Of a stretch of 64,000 nt of DNA, positions 49,058 to 61,235 are shown in pieces; positions within the stretch are counted from its first letter, which is position 1, and every line of letters starts with the position of its first letter. A program made the translations under genes and the position numbers. Location: NCBI GenBank assembly GCA_038087875.1, contig CM075990.1, positions 806,001 to 870,000 of the forward strand, in the 5' to 3' direction. The stretch comes from Malacoraja senta. Its lineage: Eukaryota. The notes below the pieces were generated by a model, which saw only the letters and a program-made list of their open reading frames with translations, did not search any database and was not told where the DNA came from.

Positions 49058-49905
49058 GATTGGTTGGTTGGGGGCGCTGCGAGTCAGCTGCCCTGCCAGC
49101 AGCGTGTTCATTATTTCGACATTTTTTGGGTTTTTTTGGTGTGTACAAATGTTTATTTAGGTGTCTCTCGGTGTGTCTTGGGTGGGGGGTGGTGCGGGGG
49201 GAAAAGGAGGAAACTATTTTTCAGTCGCCTCCTCGACGGAGAGGCGTCTTTTTCCATGTCGCCTCACTCGCGGCCTAACAGCATGGATTGGAGCGGCCTT
49301 TTCCGGAGTCGGGCCCGGAGCTTAAGCAGCGGGTGTAGCGTGGACTTTTCCATCGCGGAGCGGGCGAACCCTTGCCTAGGGTCACCAGAGAGGAGTGCTC
49401 CAATCGCTTGACTGGTGACTTTGGCATCGTGGGGCTGTGATCTGCGGAGCTTCCAGCCGCGGGCGTGGAGTGGACTTACCATCCGGAGTCTGTGATCCCT
49501 TGCTGGGGATCGCCGGAGAAGAGCTCTGACCGCCGGCCTGCGACCTAAAACATCCTGGGACCACGGTCTCCGGTAGGAAAGTGCCGATTCGGACGCTCCA
49601 TTCGGGAGTGTGTTTGACCGTCCCGACGTCAGAGTTTGGATCATCCTGACAAGAGGGCCTGTTCATCCGGCCGTCCATAGCGGTGACTACGGATGGTTTA
49701 TGGCCCCGAACACGGATGAACAAGGGAGGAGGACTGACTGAACTTTGTTGCCTTCCACCACAGTGAAGAATGCTGTGGTGGATGTTTGTGTTCAATTCTA
49801 TTGTGTATTGTGTGTTCTTTTTTTAAGTGTATCGCTGCTGACAAATTCATTTCACTGCACCCTCAGGTGCATGTGACAAATAAATTTGACTTTGACTTTG
49901 ACTTT
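49058..49905 (+). mobile_element. GC-rich non-autonomous retroposon, copy 4
   Basis: ggcgctg head, T tract, G tract, core at 49750-49765, tttcactgcacc..gtgacaaataaa plus (tttgac)n. Confidence 0.7.
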
Positions 49906-50129
49906 TCCTACACCAATATTCCTCACAATACAGAGCAAAAATTGATTTATCAAATATCAGTAGCTTCTGAGCAATGTCTAAATGCTTACTGCATGAATGT
50001 TTGTATCTGTAAATAATTAGAAACAACTTGCATTAATTTCATCCTGGAGAAACACTGGGACACTTGTCGGTTTTTTAATTCATAATTTATGTGGTTTAAT
50101 CTGAAGTAGAAAATTAAAAAAAATATATA

Positions 50130-50400
50130 TGCTTTCCATGCCTCAAAGAACTTTACACTATTAAATACTTTAAAAGTGCAATTGCTGTTGTAATACAGAA
50201 AATATGGCAGCCTGTGCGCTCACGAATAGCACTGTGCTATGTCCAGAGAAAATTGAGTTTTTTTTTGGCCATTTTGGTTCAATAATAAACTGGATACTCA
50301 ATTGAATTTTCCCAGACTTCTTCCAAATACAGCAAAGAGTATCTTACATTGATCTCAGAAAGCAGATAATGCTTCATCCAAAAAACTTGCAACGTTCACA
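50130..50400 (-). mobile_element. Possible ancient Deu-domain SINE (SacSINE1/AmnSINE1-like), highly decayed
   Basis: caaagaactttaca..tactttaaaagtgcaattgctgttgtaatacagaaaatatggcagcc resembles, from memory, the reverse strand of shark Deu-SINE consensus; not aligned. Confidence 0.45.
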
Positions 50401-50885
50401 AACTAAACTTTTAAACCCACACGGGCATCCGATTCGGAGGTGGGTTTTGAAAACTGAATCCTGGTTGGGAGACAAAGAAAATAAATCAGAAAGACTGGGA
50501 GCATGTTGGAAGTGGACACTGAACATATATCTGGACACATTCCATATCCATGGCTGGGAAAAATATTGCAACCTCACATTGCTACATCGTGAACAATCTA
50601 CCCAAAGATTCAAAAACATAAGTGACAATCCAGAAGACCATAATGTTATTGTCTGGCTGATAATCAAATCAAATGACATTTTACAATTTAGAATCCATTG
50701 AGACATTCTAAAATCATAAAAATTGCAGGTGTTGAAAATCCATAATAAAAAGCAGAATATTGGTTCAATAAATCAATGAAAATGCTGACAACACTCAACA
50801 GGTCAGGCTGCATCTCTGGAAAGAGAAATAGAGTTAAACTCTCAGGTCCACAATCATACCCTTAACTCACTTCCCCTCAACTAAC

Positions 50886-51123
50886 AGCTATCTAGCTATC
50901 TAGCTGTCTAGCTGTCTAGCTGTCTAGCTGTCTAGCTGTCTGGCTGTCTGGCTGTCTGGTTGTCCGGCTGTCCGGCTGTACGGCTCTCCGGCTCTCCGGC
51001 TCTCCGGCTCTCCGGCTCTCCGGCTATCCGGTTATCTGGCTACCTGGCTACCTGGCTATCCGGCTCTCTAGCTATCTAGCTCTCTAGCTATCTAGCTATT
51101 CAGCAATCTAGCTATCTAGCTAT
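50886..51123. repeat. 8-bp tandem repeat (ctatctag, ctgtctgg, ctctccgg variants)
   Basis: About 29 units read directly. Confidence 0.92.
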
Positions 51124-51251
51124 GTTTAAGAAGAAACTGCAGATGCTGGAAAATCGAAGGTAGACAAAAATGCTGGTGAAACTCAGCAGGTGAGGCAGCA
51201 TCTATGGAGCGAAGGAAATAGGCAAAGTTTCGGGTCGAAACCCTTCTTCAA
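51124..51251 (-). mobile_element. Solo Penelope pLTR
   Basis: Reverse complement of 33396-33522. Confidence 0.85.
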
Positions 51252-51261
51252 AAAACCCTTT

Positions 51262-51484
51262 GATAGTTAGTTAGATAGTTAGCAAGTACCATATCTAGAT
51301 AGTTAGCTATCTGAATAGTTAGCTAGTTCGTTAGATAATTAGATAACTAGATAACTGGTTAGTTAGATAGTTAGCTAGTTCATTATCTAGATAGTTAGCT
51401 AGTTCATTAGATAGTTAGACAGCTAGATAGCTAGTTAGATAGTCAGCTACTTCGTTATCTAGATAGTTAGCTATCTAGATAGCT
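51262..51484. repeat. Degenerate (gatagtta/gctagtta)n simple repeat
   Basis: Read directly. Confidence 0.85.
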
Positions 51485-51737
51485 GTTTCTTTTCTGTTTC
51501 ATGGTATGATTTAAATTCTCTAAGGTGTTGGTGGCAGATACTCCCACAATTAAGTATCCAGTCAAGCCATTGAATAGCCAATGTAGAGACTTGGACACTT
51601 GAAACTGCATGCACTGGAATCTTGAGCCCAGAACACAAAGTGCTGGAGTAGCTTACCCGGTCAGTCAGCATCACTGGAGAACATGATAGAGAGGTGGGGA
51701 AACACAAAGCCAGGCAAGTCAGATGGGTCAATATAGG

Positions 51738-52029
51738 TGAGCGTGGAAATAGGTCCTTTGGCCCACCCAATCCTCGCTGACTATTGATCATTATAGTAGT
51801 TCTATAATTATCCCACTTTCTCACTAACTCCCTACATACTAGGGGCAATTTTTACAGAGGCCAATTAATCTACAAACTGCACATCATTAGGATGTGGGAG
51901 GAAATTGGACCAGAGGAAACCCTCGCGATCACAGGGTAAAAATGCAAACTCCACACAGACAGCATTAGAGGTCAGTATCGAACCTGAGTCTCTGGCTCTC
52001 TCTACCAGCTGCTTCACTGTGCCACCCCA
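51738..52029 (-). mobile_element. tRNA-derived SINE, older copy
   Basis: Reverse-complement similarity to 40270-40595. Confidence 0.75.
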
Positions 52030-52234
52030 CATTTGGTTGGCAGATGGGTGGACACAGGCCAAAGTTATAAAGGACACAAGAGCTGTGAGATAAGGAAAGA
52101 AGAACTGTGAATTATGAGAAAGGGATGTAGCTGGAAGGGAAAACGGGGATGGGATAGTGAGAGAACTAGGTATGCATCCAGGTGGGGCACAGGGAAGAGA
52201 GAGCAGAGAAAATAGAGGAGGGTGTTATTGGTTT

Positions 52235-52850
52235 GTTACCTAAAATTGGAAAATTCAATGTTTATACCATAGGGTTGCAAACTACGCGAGGAATATGAGG
52301 TGAAGATCCTTGAGCTAGTCTGTGGCCTCACTCTGGCCATGGAGGGGGCCCAGGACAGAAATATTGGTGTGAGATCCAGCATCCTTTCACAGATCGAATG
52401 CTAGCTTTGGGTGAAATGGTTGCCCATTCCACCCTTCCTTTCACTGATGTAAAGGAGGCCACCAAATGGGAGCACCAAATGCAGAAGATGTGTTTAAAGG
52501 AAATGCATGTTGTCCCTGCCTCACCTGGAAGGTCTGCTCGGGTCCCTTCATGGATGTGAGGGAGATGTAGGGACAGGAGTTACATCTCATGCGGTTATCG
52601 GGGCAAGTACCTGAGAGGCCGTGGTTTGGGTGGGAAGGGATCAGTGAACCAAAGAGTTGCAGAGGGAGTTGTCTTTGTGGAGAGCAGAAAAGTACCAGGA
52701 TGTGAAAAGTACCAGGATGGGTGGTGGAAGCACATGGGTGGGTGGTGGAAGGTGGTGGGATTGTTGGAGACCGATGTGTTGAATGTGTAGGTCGGTGGGG
52801 TTAAATATAAGGACCAGGAGACTCGATCTTTTGCAGCAGTGACCCCTCCC
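52235..52850 (-). mobile_element. Old Penelope GIY-YIG region
   Basis: Colinear, diverged match to 5150-5760. Confidence 0.7.
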
Positions 52851-52904
52851 ATGTATACAGCTCTGATCCCTATTACTTCCTGACAGGCCAGGATAGGCAC
52901 AAAT

Positions 52905-55450
52905 AGACGTGGCGGTCCTATCCAACTCCTGCTCTCCACACCTGGAACACCTGGCAGTGAAGTGCCGTCCCTTCTACCTACCGAGGGAATTCACCTCCAT
53001 CATCCTGACCGCGGTCTACATCCCACCCCAGGCTGATGTTCATCTGGCACTGGGGGAGCTGCACGCCTTGGTCAACAAAGACCAGACGGCTTACCCTGAG
53101 GCATTTACCACCATAGCCGGGAACCTCAACAAAGCCAACCTTAAGAAATCACTCCCTAACTTCCACCAACATGTTCTCTGCAGCACCAGAGGATCAAACA
53201 CCCTCGAACACTGCTACACCACCATCAAAGATGCCTACCGCTCTATCCCTCACCCTCACTTTGGTAAATCCGACAATACTGCAGTGCTGCTTCTTCCTGC
53301 TTACAGGCAGCAATTGAAGAGCGCACTCCCAGAGGTGAGGACTGTACAGAGCGGGTCGGGGGGGGGTGGTGGCAGAGGAACAACTCCAGGACTGTTTGGA
53401 GTCTGTAGACTGGGCAATGTTCAGGGACTCGGCAATGGACCTGAATCAATACGCCACAGTCGTTACAGACTTCATAAAGAAATGTGTGGAGGACTGCATC
53501 CCAACAAAAACCTTCCGAGTGTTTCCTAACCAGAAGCCTTGAATGAACCATGAGATCCGCATTCTTCTGAAGTCCAGATCCCGGGCATTCAGGTCTGGAG
53601 ATACAGAGGTCTACAAGAAGTCCAGATACGACCTTGGTAAGGCCATCTACAAGGCCAAAAGGGCCCTGCTCCAAGCTGGAGGATGATATGGATGTTCGGC
53701 AACTGTGCCATCACCTCCTCCAAGGCAAAATCAGGAAACAGCTCAATTGTCAGCGAAGCATCACTCCCGGACAAGCTCATGCGTTGTACGCACGGTTCGA
53801 TAGGTAGAACACTGATGTGCCTTCCCAAGCCCCTATTCGCCCTGGCGGTGTTACAGTCACAGTCACAGAGGCCGACGTCAGAAGATCCTTCAGGGGGGTT
53901 AACCCTCATAAAGCGCCTGGACATGATGGCATACCTGGTTGTGTTCTAAAAGCCTGTGCGGACCAACCGGCTGGAGTTTTTACGGACATTTTCAACCTCT
54001 CATTTCTGAGGTCTGAGGTTCCCACCTGCTTTAAAAGGGCATCAATAATACCGGTGCCCAAGAAGAAGAGCAAGGTGACGTGCCTCAATGACTATCCACC
54101 AGTGGCACTAACGCCTGTGGTGATGAAATGCTTTGAGAGGTTGATTATGGCGCACATCAACTCCTACCTCGACAAGAACCTCGACACACTGCAGTTTGCT
54201 TACCGCCACAACAGATCAACAGTGGATGCGATCTCACTGGCTCTCCACTCCGCTCTGGACCACTTGGACAACAAAAACCCATATGTCAGGCTGTTATTCA
54301 TTGACTACAGCTCGGCATTTAATACGATCATCCCCTCCAAGCTGGTTACCAAGCTCTCAGATCTGGGTCTCTGCACATCCCTCTGCAATTGGATCCTTCA
54401 ATTCATCATCCACAGACCACAGTCTGTCCATATTGGTGGAAATGTGTCATCCTCGATAACAATCAGCACGGGAGCACCTCAAGGCTGCGTGCTCAGCCCC
54501 CTGCTGTACTCACTCTATACTCATAATTGCGTAGCCAGACATAGTGCGAACTCCATCATCAAGTTCGCCGACGACACCACTGTTGTGGGACAAATCACTG
54601 ATGGTGATGAGTCAGACTCTAGAAGCGAGATCGACCGACTGACCAAATGGTGCCAGTACGATAACCTGGCCCTCAACACCAGCAAAACCATGGAACTGAT
54701 TGTGGACTTTGGAAGGGGTAGGATAGGGACCCACAATCCCGTTTATATCAACGGGACAATGGTGGAAAGGGTCAAGAACTTCAAATTCCTGGGCGTGCAT
54801 ATTTCCAAAGATCTTTCCTGGTCCCAGCACACTGATGCAATTATAAAGACAGCACATCAGCGCCTCTACTTCCAGAGAAGATTACGGAGATTCGGTATGT
54901 CAAAGAGGACTCTCTCGAACTTCTTCAGGTGCACAGTAGAGAGCATGCTGACCGGTTGCATCGTGGCTTGTTTCGGCAACTTGTGCGTCCGGGATCGGAA
55001 AAGAATGCAGAAAGTTGTGACCACTGCCCAGTCCATCATCGGCTTTGACCTCCCCACCATCGAAGGGATCTATCGCAGTGGCTGCCTCAAAAAGGCTGCC
55101 AGCATCATCAACGACACACACCATCCTGGCCACACGCTCATCTCTTCCGCTGCCATCAGGTAGAAGGTACAGGAGCCTGAAATCTGGTTCATCCAGGTTC
55201 ATGAACAACTTCTTCCCCACAGCCATCAGGCTATTATTAAACTCGCCATCAAACAAACTCTGAACTATAACAGCCTATTGCACTTTATCTGTTTATTTAT
55301 GCGTATATATATGGTCTATGCTATATAGACACACTGAACTGTTCTGTATTTATGCTTACTATATTCTGTTGTGCTGCAGCAAGCAAGAATTTCATTGTTC
55401 TATCTGGAACACATGACAATAAACTCTCTTGACTCTTGACTCTTGACTTG
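52905..55450 (+). mobile_element. Rex1/Babar LINE (EN C-terminus, RT, 3' UTR)
   Basis: CRPFYLPREFTSIILTAVYIPP, FGKSDN; 448-aa RT ORF; tail catgacaataaa plus (cttgact)n. Confidence 0.95.
53817..55163 (+). pseudogene. Rex1/Babar reverse transcriptase ORF fragment (448 aa; upstream EN is frameshifted)
   Basis: [49 protein letters not shown]. Confidence 0.9.
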
Positions 55451-55536
55451 AAAAGCTGGAGTAACTCAGCGAGTCATACAGCATCTCTGGAGAGAAAGAA
55501 TAGGTGACGTTGTGGGTCGAGACCCTTCTACAGACT
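55451..55536 (-). mobile_element. Penelope pLTR fragment
   Basis: gctggagtaactcagc..ggtgacgttgtgggtcgagacccttctacagac. Confidence 0.7.
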
Positions 55537-56064
55537 CATTACCAAGTGGATTTGAGTGAAGGATGAGTGCAGATGTGGTCACTGTTAACATTCCTAGGGT
55601 CCAGCAGTTGCCAACCAGAACACATCTTCTGCCCAGCCACCCGGTTCTAACTAATTAGTTGTATTTATTTAGTTTAGTTTGCTTGCATTTGATTTCATTA
55701 CTTGAAACATGCAGAACTTGCTCACGCTGATATACTCTGAGCTAAATCACTTGACTAATCAGGATAGACAGAGAGAAAACGGAACAAAAACACCCTGCTG
55801 ATCTATCTGCGAACATCACGAGTAAAGATAATCGATGTATGGTCAATTAGAGTTAACTGCGAGAGACCTTTGCTGACAGTAGTGAATCTCTGGAACTCCG
55901 TATCCCAATTTAAGTTTTACCCAGATAATTGGGTATGCTTAAGGTCGAGATAGTTAGTTGAAAGATCAAAGTCCTTTCACCTTGGAGAGACGTAGGTTCC
56001 CTGTAGCGGCAGATGCCTCCCAGGAGGCCACGAAAAAGTCGGGCAGCCGGGCGCGGATCCCCAC

Positions 56065-57029
56065 CATGGGCGAAAATCCTGGGAGGGAATGGGAGGGGGG
56101 TGGGGGCACGTCCCTCCCATGTTTTGAGAGGTGGGGGACAATCCCCCCCATGTTTTGTCATCTGGATTTTGAAATTCAGTGAAAACAAATCTATTAAAAT
56201 CTCCGTTTTCTGTGAGACAGTGGGGGTGTCACTGTTAAGCGCTTGTCAAATGTATCTATTAACATCGTATTAACATGATGTGCCACCAATTGTGTTTTGA
56301 CCTTCAAGTATTACTGAAGGTATTCATGGAGAATTTCTTAAACCTGTCTGATGCGGGTACAATTACCATTTGAACTAATTGGATGTATTGGTGGATGGGA
56401 AAGATTTAAACAGGTATCGGATTTAAATGGGCCAGGTCATTAAGGGCTCCGGTCGAACGGGTGGCTGGCTTGCAGGTAAGTCCCTCATTCACGATCACTC
56501 ACGTTATTTCGTATTTTTTTCCCATCTATCTCTCTCTCTCTCTCCCCCCCTCCAAGGTTGTTTCTTCTGTTTGCCTTTAATTGCTTCAGTTTTATTTGTT
56601 TAAGTGTTATTCATCACATTGTAGTTTTTGAAAGATTCAAGCGGTTATCAGACGCTTTCTAAGGGCTGAATCGGCCCATTCATGGGGCCTTTCATCACCC
56701 GGCGCGGCTTAAAATCAAACTGCTGCGTCGAGGCGATCGAGGCTCCCGATGTTGAAGCCCCCGCCGGCCGATTTTAAGCTGCGCCGGGCGATGAAAGGCC
56801 CTGCAAACGGGCCGATTCAAGTCCCACAATTCGGGGTGGATGAAGCTGTTGTTGCTGGAGTTCGAAGTCGGCCACCAACCAGGTCAGCTCCCGATGTTAC
56901 CGTCCATAGGACCCACGGCTGAAGCCTCCAAAGCCTTGCGTGTGTGTGTGTGCGCGCGGCCACCAAGAAATTGTGCCCCGCCCCCCAAATTGTGTCCCTT
57001 CCATGTTTTAATAGCGATTTCCGCCCCTG
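56065..57029. mobile_element. Possible non-autonomous DNA transposon with CA...TG ends and nested fragments
   Basis: 14-bp imperfect TIR catgggcgaaaatc / gatttccgcccctg; shared subterminal gtccctcccatgtttt motif; cac on both flanks. Confidence 0.45.
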
Positions 57030-57077
57030 CACAGCTGGTCTCTGGGTTGGTGCCACAGAGGCATCAGGAGTGGAGCT

Positions 57078-57355
57078 AGCGATGGCGCAGCGGTAGATTT
57101 GCTGCCTTACAACGCTTTCAGCACCAGAGACCCGAGTTCGATCCTGATTACGGGCGCTGTCTGTACAGAGTTTGCACATTCTCCCCGTGACCTCGTGGAT
57201 TTTCTCTGAACTCTAAAGATGTACAGGTTTGTAGGTTCATTGGCTTGGTATAAATGGACCTAGTGTAGGATAGTGTTAATGTGCGGGATAGCTGGTCGGT
57301 GCAGACTCGGTGGGCCGAAGGGTCTGTTTCCGCACTGTATCTCTAAACTAAACTA
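57078..57355 (+). mobile_element. tRNA-derived SINE (HE1-like)
   Basis: A and B boxes; tail ctctaaactaaacta. Confidence 0.85.
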
Positions 57356-57529
57356 TAGAATATCACTGTGACTTGTCACATGTGACAATATATTATCATT
57401 CATTCAGGTTGATTCAATGATACTTCATTGTCACATGTAACTAAGTAGAGTGAAATGCTTTGTTTTACATCCAATCATGTCTTATGAAATAGATTGAAGT
57501 AATCATAAACGTTGAGCTGAGCTAAACTG

Positions 57530-59585
57530 TAGAAACTGTAGATGTTGTCTCTATGTACGTCAGCAAAGCCTTTCATGGCAGGCTGCTCTGGAAGATTAGA
57601 TCGCATGGGATCCAGGGAGAGCTAGCTAACTGGATACAGAACTGGCTTCATGGAAGGAAGCAGAGGGATGTGGTGGAAGGGTGCTTTTCAGACTAGAGGC
57701 CAGTGTCTAGTGGTGTGCCTCAGAGATTACTGTTTGTGGTTTAGATCAACGATTTGGATGAGAATGCACAGGGCATGAATGGTAAGTTGGTAACGTAGGC
57801 GGTATTGTAGACAGTGAAGACAGTTATCAAATATAACGGCAGTGCCCTTGCTCAGCTGGGCAAGAGGCTGAGGAATGTGCTCTACAACCGGCTCCAGGTT
57901 GGTGCGTTGCCTCTCTGGTGTCAGGTCCAGGATGTTCATAATTTCATGTATTAGTAGTAGAATTAGGCCCTTCATCCCATCGAGTCTGCTCCGCCATTCT
58001 ATCGTGGCATATTCAATCATATCTTTGCCTCCCAACCCCATACTCCTGCCTTCTCCCCGTGTCCTTTAACATCCTTACTAATCAAGAACCTATCAATCTC
58101 CACAGTAAAAATACCCAAAGAGGCCTCCACAGCCATCTGTGGCAACGAATTCCACAGATTCACCACCTTCTGGCCAAAGAAAGTACTTCTTGTCTCCTTT
58201 CTAAAGGTACATCCTTTTATTGTGAGGCTGTGCCCTCTGGTCCTAGACTCTATCACTAGTCGAAACATCCTCTCCGCATCCACTCTACCCAAGCCTTTCA
58301 TTAGTTGGTAAGTTTCAATGGTTTGGTAAGTTTGGTAAAATATGCCCCTCATCCCTCTAAACTACAGAAAATGCAGGCCCAGAGCCATTAAATGCTGATC
58401 ATAAGTTAACCAATGATATGATGTCTCCAAGCAGTTGCAGAAGAGTCTCAAGGGGTGGGGCAAAGATTCTCAAGGGGGAAAATTGTACACGTTGGCATAA
58501 ATGACATAGATAGGAAAAGGGATGATGTACTGTGAAGTGAATATAAGAAGTTAGGCAGAATATTACAAAGAAGATTACAGAATGATCCCAGGAATGACTA
58601 TGATGAGTGTTTGTTAGCACTGGGCCTGTACTCGCTGGAATTTAGAAAAATGAGGGGGGACCTCATTGAAACTTACAGAATAGTGAAAGGCTTGGATAGA
58701 GTGGATGTGGTGAGGATATTTCCACTAATGGGAGAGTCTAGGACTAGAAGCCATAGCCTTAGAATAAAAGGACGTTCTTTTAGGATGGAGATGAGGAGAA
58801 ATTTCTTTAGTGAGAGGGTGATGAATCTGTGGAATTCTGTGCCACAGAAGGCTGTAGAGGCCAAGGCAGTGGATAGACAATAGACAATAGACAATAGGTG
58901 CAGGAGTAGGCCATTCAACCCTTCGAGCCATTCATGATCAGCCATTCAATGTGATCATGGCTGATCATCCACAATCAGTACCCCGTTCCTGCCTTCACCC
59001 CATATCCCCTGACTCCACTATTTTTAAGAGCCCTATCTAGCTCTCTCTTGAAAGCATCCAGAGAACCTGCCTCCACCGCCCTCTGAGGCAGAGAATTCCA
59101 CAGACTCACCACTCTCTGTGAGAAAAAGTGTTTCCTCGTCTCCGTTCTAAATGGCTTACTCCTTATTCTTAAACTGTGACCCCCTAGTTCTGGACTCCCC
59201 CAACATCGGGAACATGTTTCCTGCCTCTAGTGTGTCCAAACCCTTAACAATCTTATATGTTTCAATTAGATCCCCTCTCATCCTTCTACACTCCAGAGTG
59301 TGCAAGCCCAGCTGCTCCATTCTCTCAGCATATGACAGTCCCACCATCCTGGGAATTAACCTTGTAAACATATGCTGCACTCCCTCAATAGCAAGAATGT
59401 CCTTCCTCAAATTAGGGGACCAAAACTGTACACAATTTTTAAGGCAGAGATAGAAAGATGTTTGATTAGTACCGGCGTCAGAGGTTATGGGGAGAAGGCA
59501 GGAGAATTGGGTTATGAGAGATAGATCAGCCATGATTAAATGATGGGGCAAATGGCCTAATTCTACTCCTATCACTTATGACCTT
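57530..59585. mobile_element. Cluster of nested CR1 fragments (plus 57530-57880; minus 57950-58400; plus 58610-59585 interrupted by minus 58874-59436)
   Basis: LGLYSLEFRKMRGDLIETY and CVQFWSPNLRKDILAIEGVQ in opposite orientations. Confidence 0.85.
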
Positions 59586-59893
59586 TTCCACAGGACCCCG
59601 ACGGTAGAAATCTCTGGACAACTCCCTCTGCCATGTGGTGACCTGTACAAGATGGATGGGTTACATCTGAATTAGAGGGGTCCTGTATCCTTGCAGGGAG
59701 GTTCATTAGTGCTACTCAGGAATGTTAAAACTAGACAGTGGTGTGGGAACCAGAGTAGTAGGTCAGAAATTGGAAGATGTGATGGGAAGATAGAGGTCAG
59801 GACCAGTAAATCTAAAAGGAAAGACAGGCAGGGAGAGATGAAGGAATATGGTGATACATGGGCTGAAATGTGTTTATTTCATTGCAAGGAATG

Positions 59894-60113
59894 GTTTAGT
59901 TTAGTTTAGAGATACAGCATGGAAACAGGCCCTTCGGCCCACCAAGTCACTGCCAACTAGCAATACTAACACAATCCTACACACCAGGGACAATTTATTC
60001 TTTTTAAGAAAACAAATGAATCTACAAACGTGCACGTCCTTGGTGTGTGGGAGGAAACTGGAGCAGCCGGAGAAAACCCATGCAGTGACGGGGAGAACAG
60101 GCAAACTCCACTG
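59894..60113 (-). mobile_element. SINE 3' two-thirds, inside old CR1 5' remnants
   Basis: (gttta)n then gagatacagcatggaaacaggcccttcggccc. Confidence 0.8.
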
Positions 60114-60400
60114 CATAGAATGGAGAAAGCAGATGAACATAGCCTGGACTGATGTTTGGGACAAGGGTGTTGTGCCAATTGTGGAAACGTGGCTGTGGGA
60201 CGATCGTGACTGGCAGATCAATGTTCCGGGGTTTCAGTGGAGGAGTTGTGCTACAGGTCAATGAGACTGTCAAAGCAGCATTCATGGAGAACGTACTAGA
60301 GGGTCTGCTGAGGCGGTATTGTGGAGCTTGGAAATAAGAAAGGTGCAACCACTCTAATGGGATTGTAATGTAGACCCTCCAATAGTAAGTGGGAGATATG

Positions 60401-60713
60401 GGCGGCACTGTGGCGCAGTGGTAGAGTTGCTGCCTTACAACGCCAGAAGCCCCGGGTTCGATCCTGACTACAGGTGCTGTCTGTATGGAGTTTTGTACAT
60501 TCTCCCCTTGACCTGTGTGGGTATTCTCCGAGATCTTCGGTTTCCTCCCATACTCTAAAGACATATAGGTTTGCAGCATAATTAGCTTGGTATAAATGTG
60601 AAATTGTCCCTAGTGTGTGTAGGATAGTGTAAGTGTGCAGGGATCGTTAGTCAGTGTGGACTCGTTGGGCTGAACGGCCTGTTTCCACGCTGTATCTCTA
60701 AACTAAACTAAAC
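60401..60713 (+). mobile_element. tRNA-derived SINE (HE1-like), full length
   Basis: A and B boxes; TSD agatatg (60394-60400, 60714-60720). Confidence 0.9.
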
Positions 60714-60840
60714 AGATATGTAGACAGATTACCGAAAAGCAACAGGGTTGACTTTGTGGGTGATTTTAAGCTTGAATGGGACTTGCTCATTGCCAAAGGC
60801 TGAAAAGAAGTGGATTTTGTGAGGTTTATCCAAGAGGGTT

Positions 60841-61167
60841 TTAGTATAGTTTAGAGATACAGTGCGGAAACAGACCCTTCAGCCCACCGAGTCCGCGCCG
60901 ACCAGCGATCCCCGCACAGTAACACTATCCTACACCACTAGGGACAATTGTTTTTTACATTTACCAACCCAATTAACCTACAAACCTGTACATCTTTGGA
61001 GTGTGGGTGGAAACCGAAGATCTTGGAGAAAACCCACGCTGGTCACGGGGAGAACGTACAAACTCCGTACAGACAGCAACCGCACCAATAGTCAGGATCG
61101 AACCAGGGACTCCGGCGCTGCAATTGCTGTAAGGCAGCTACTCCACCGCTGCGCCACCATGACCGCC
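60841..61167 (-). mobile_element. tRNA-derived SINE (HE1-like), full length
   Basis: Reverse complement of the SINE consensus. Confidence 0.88.
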
Positions 61168-61235
61168 ACCATTCTTGAAACAGTATGTGGATAGTCCAAC
61201 CTGAGAAGTGAACATACTGGATCTTGTGTTGGGAA

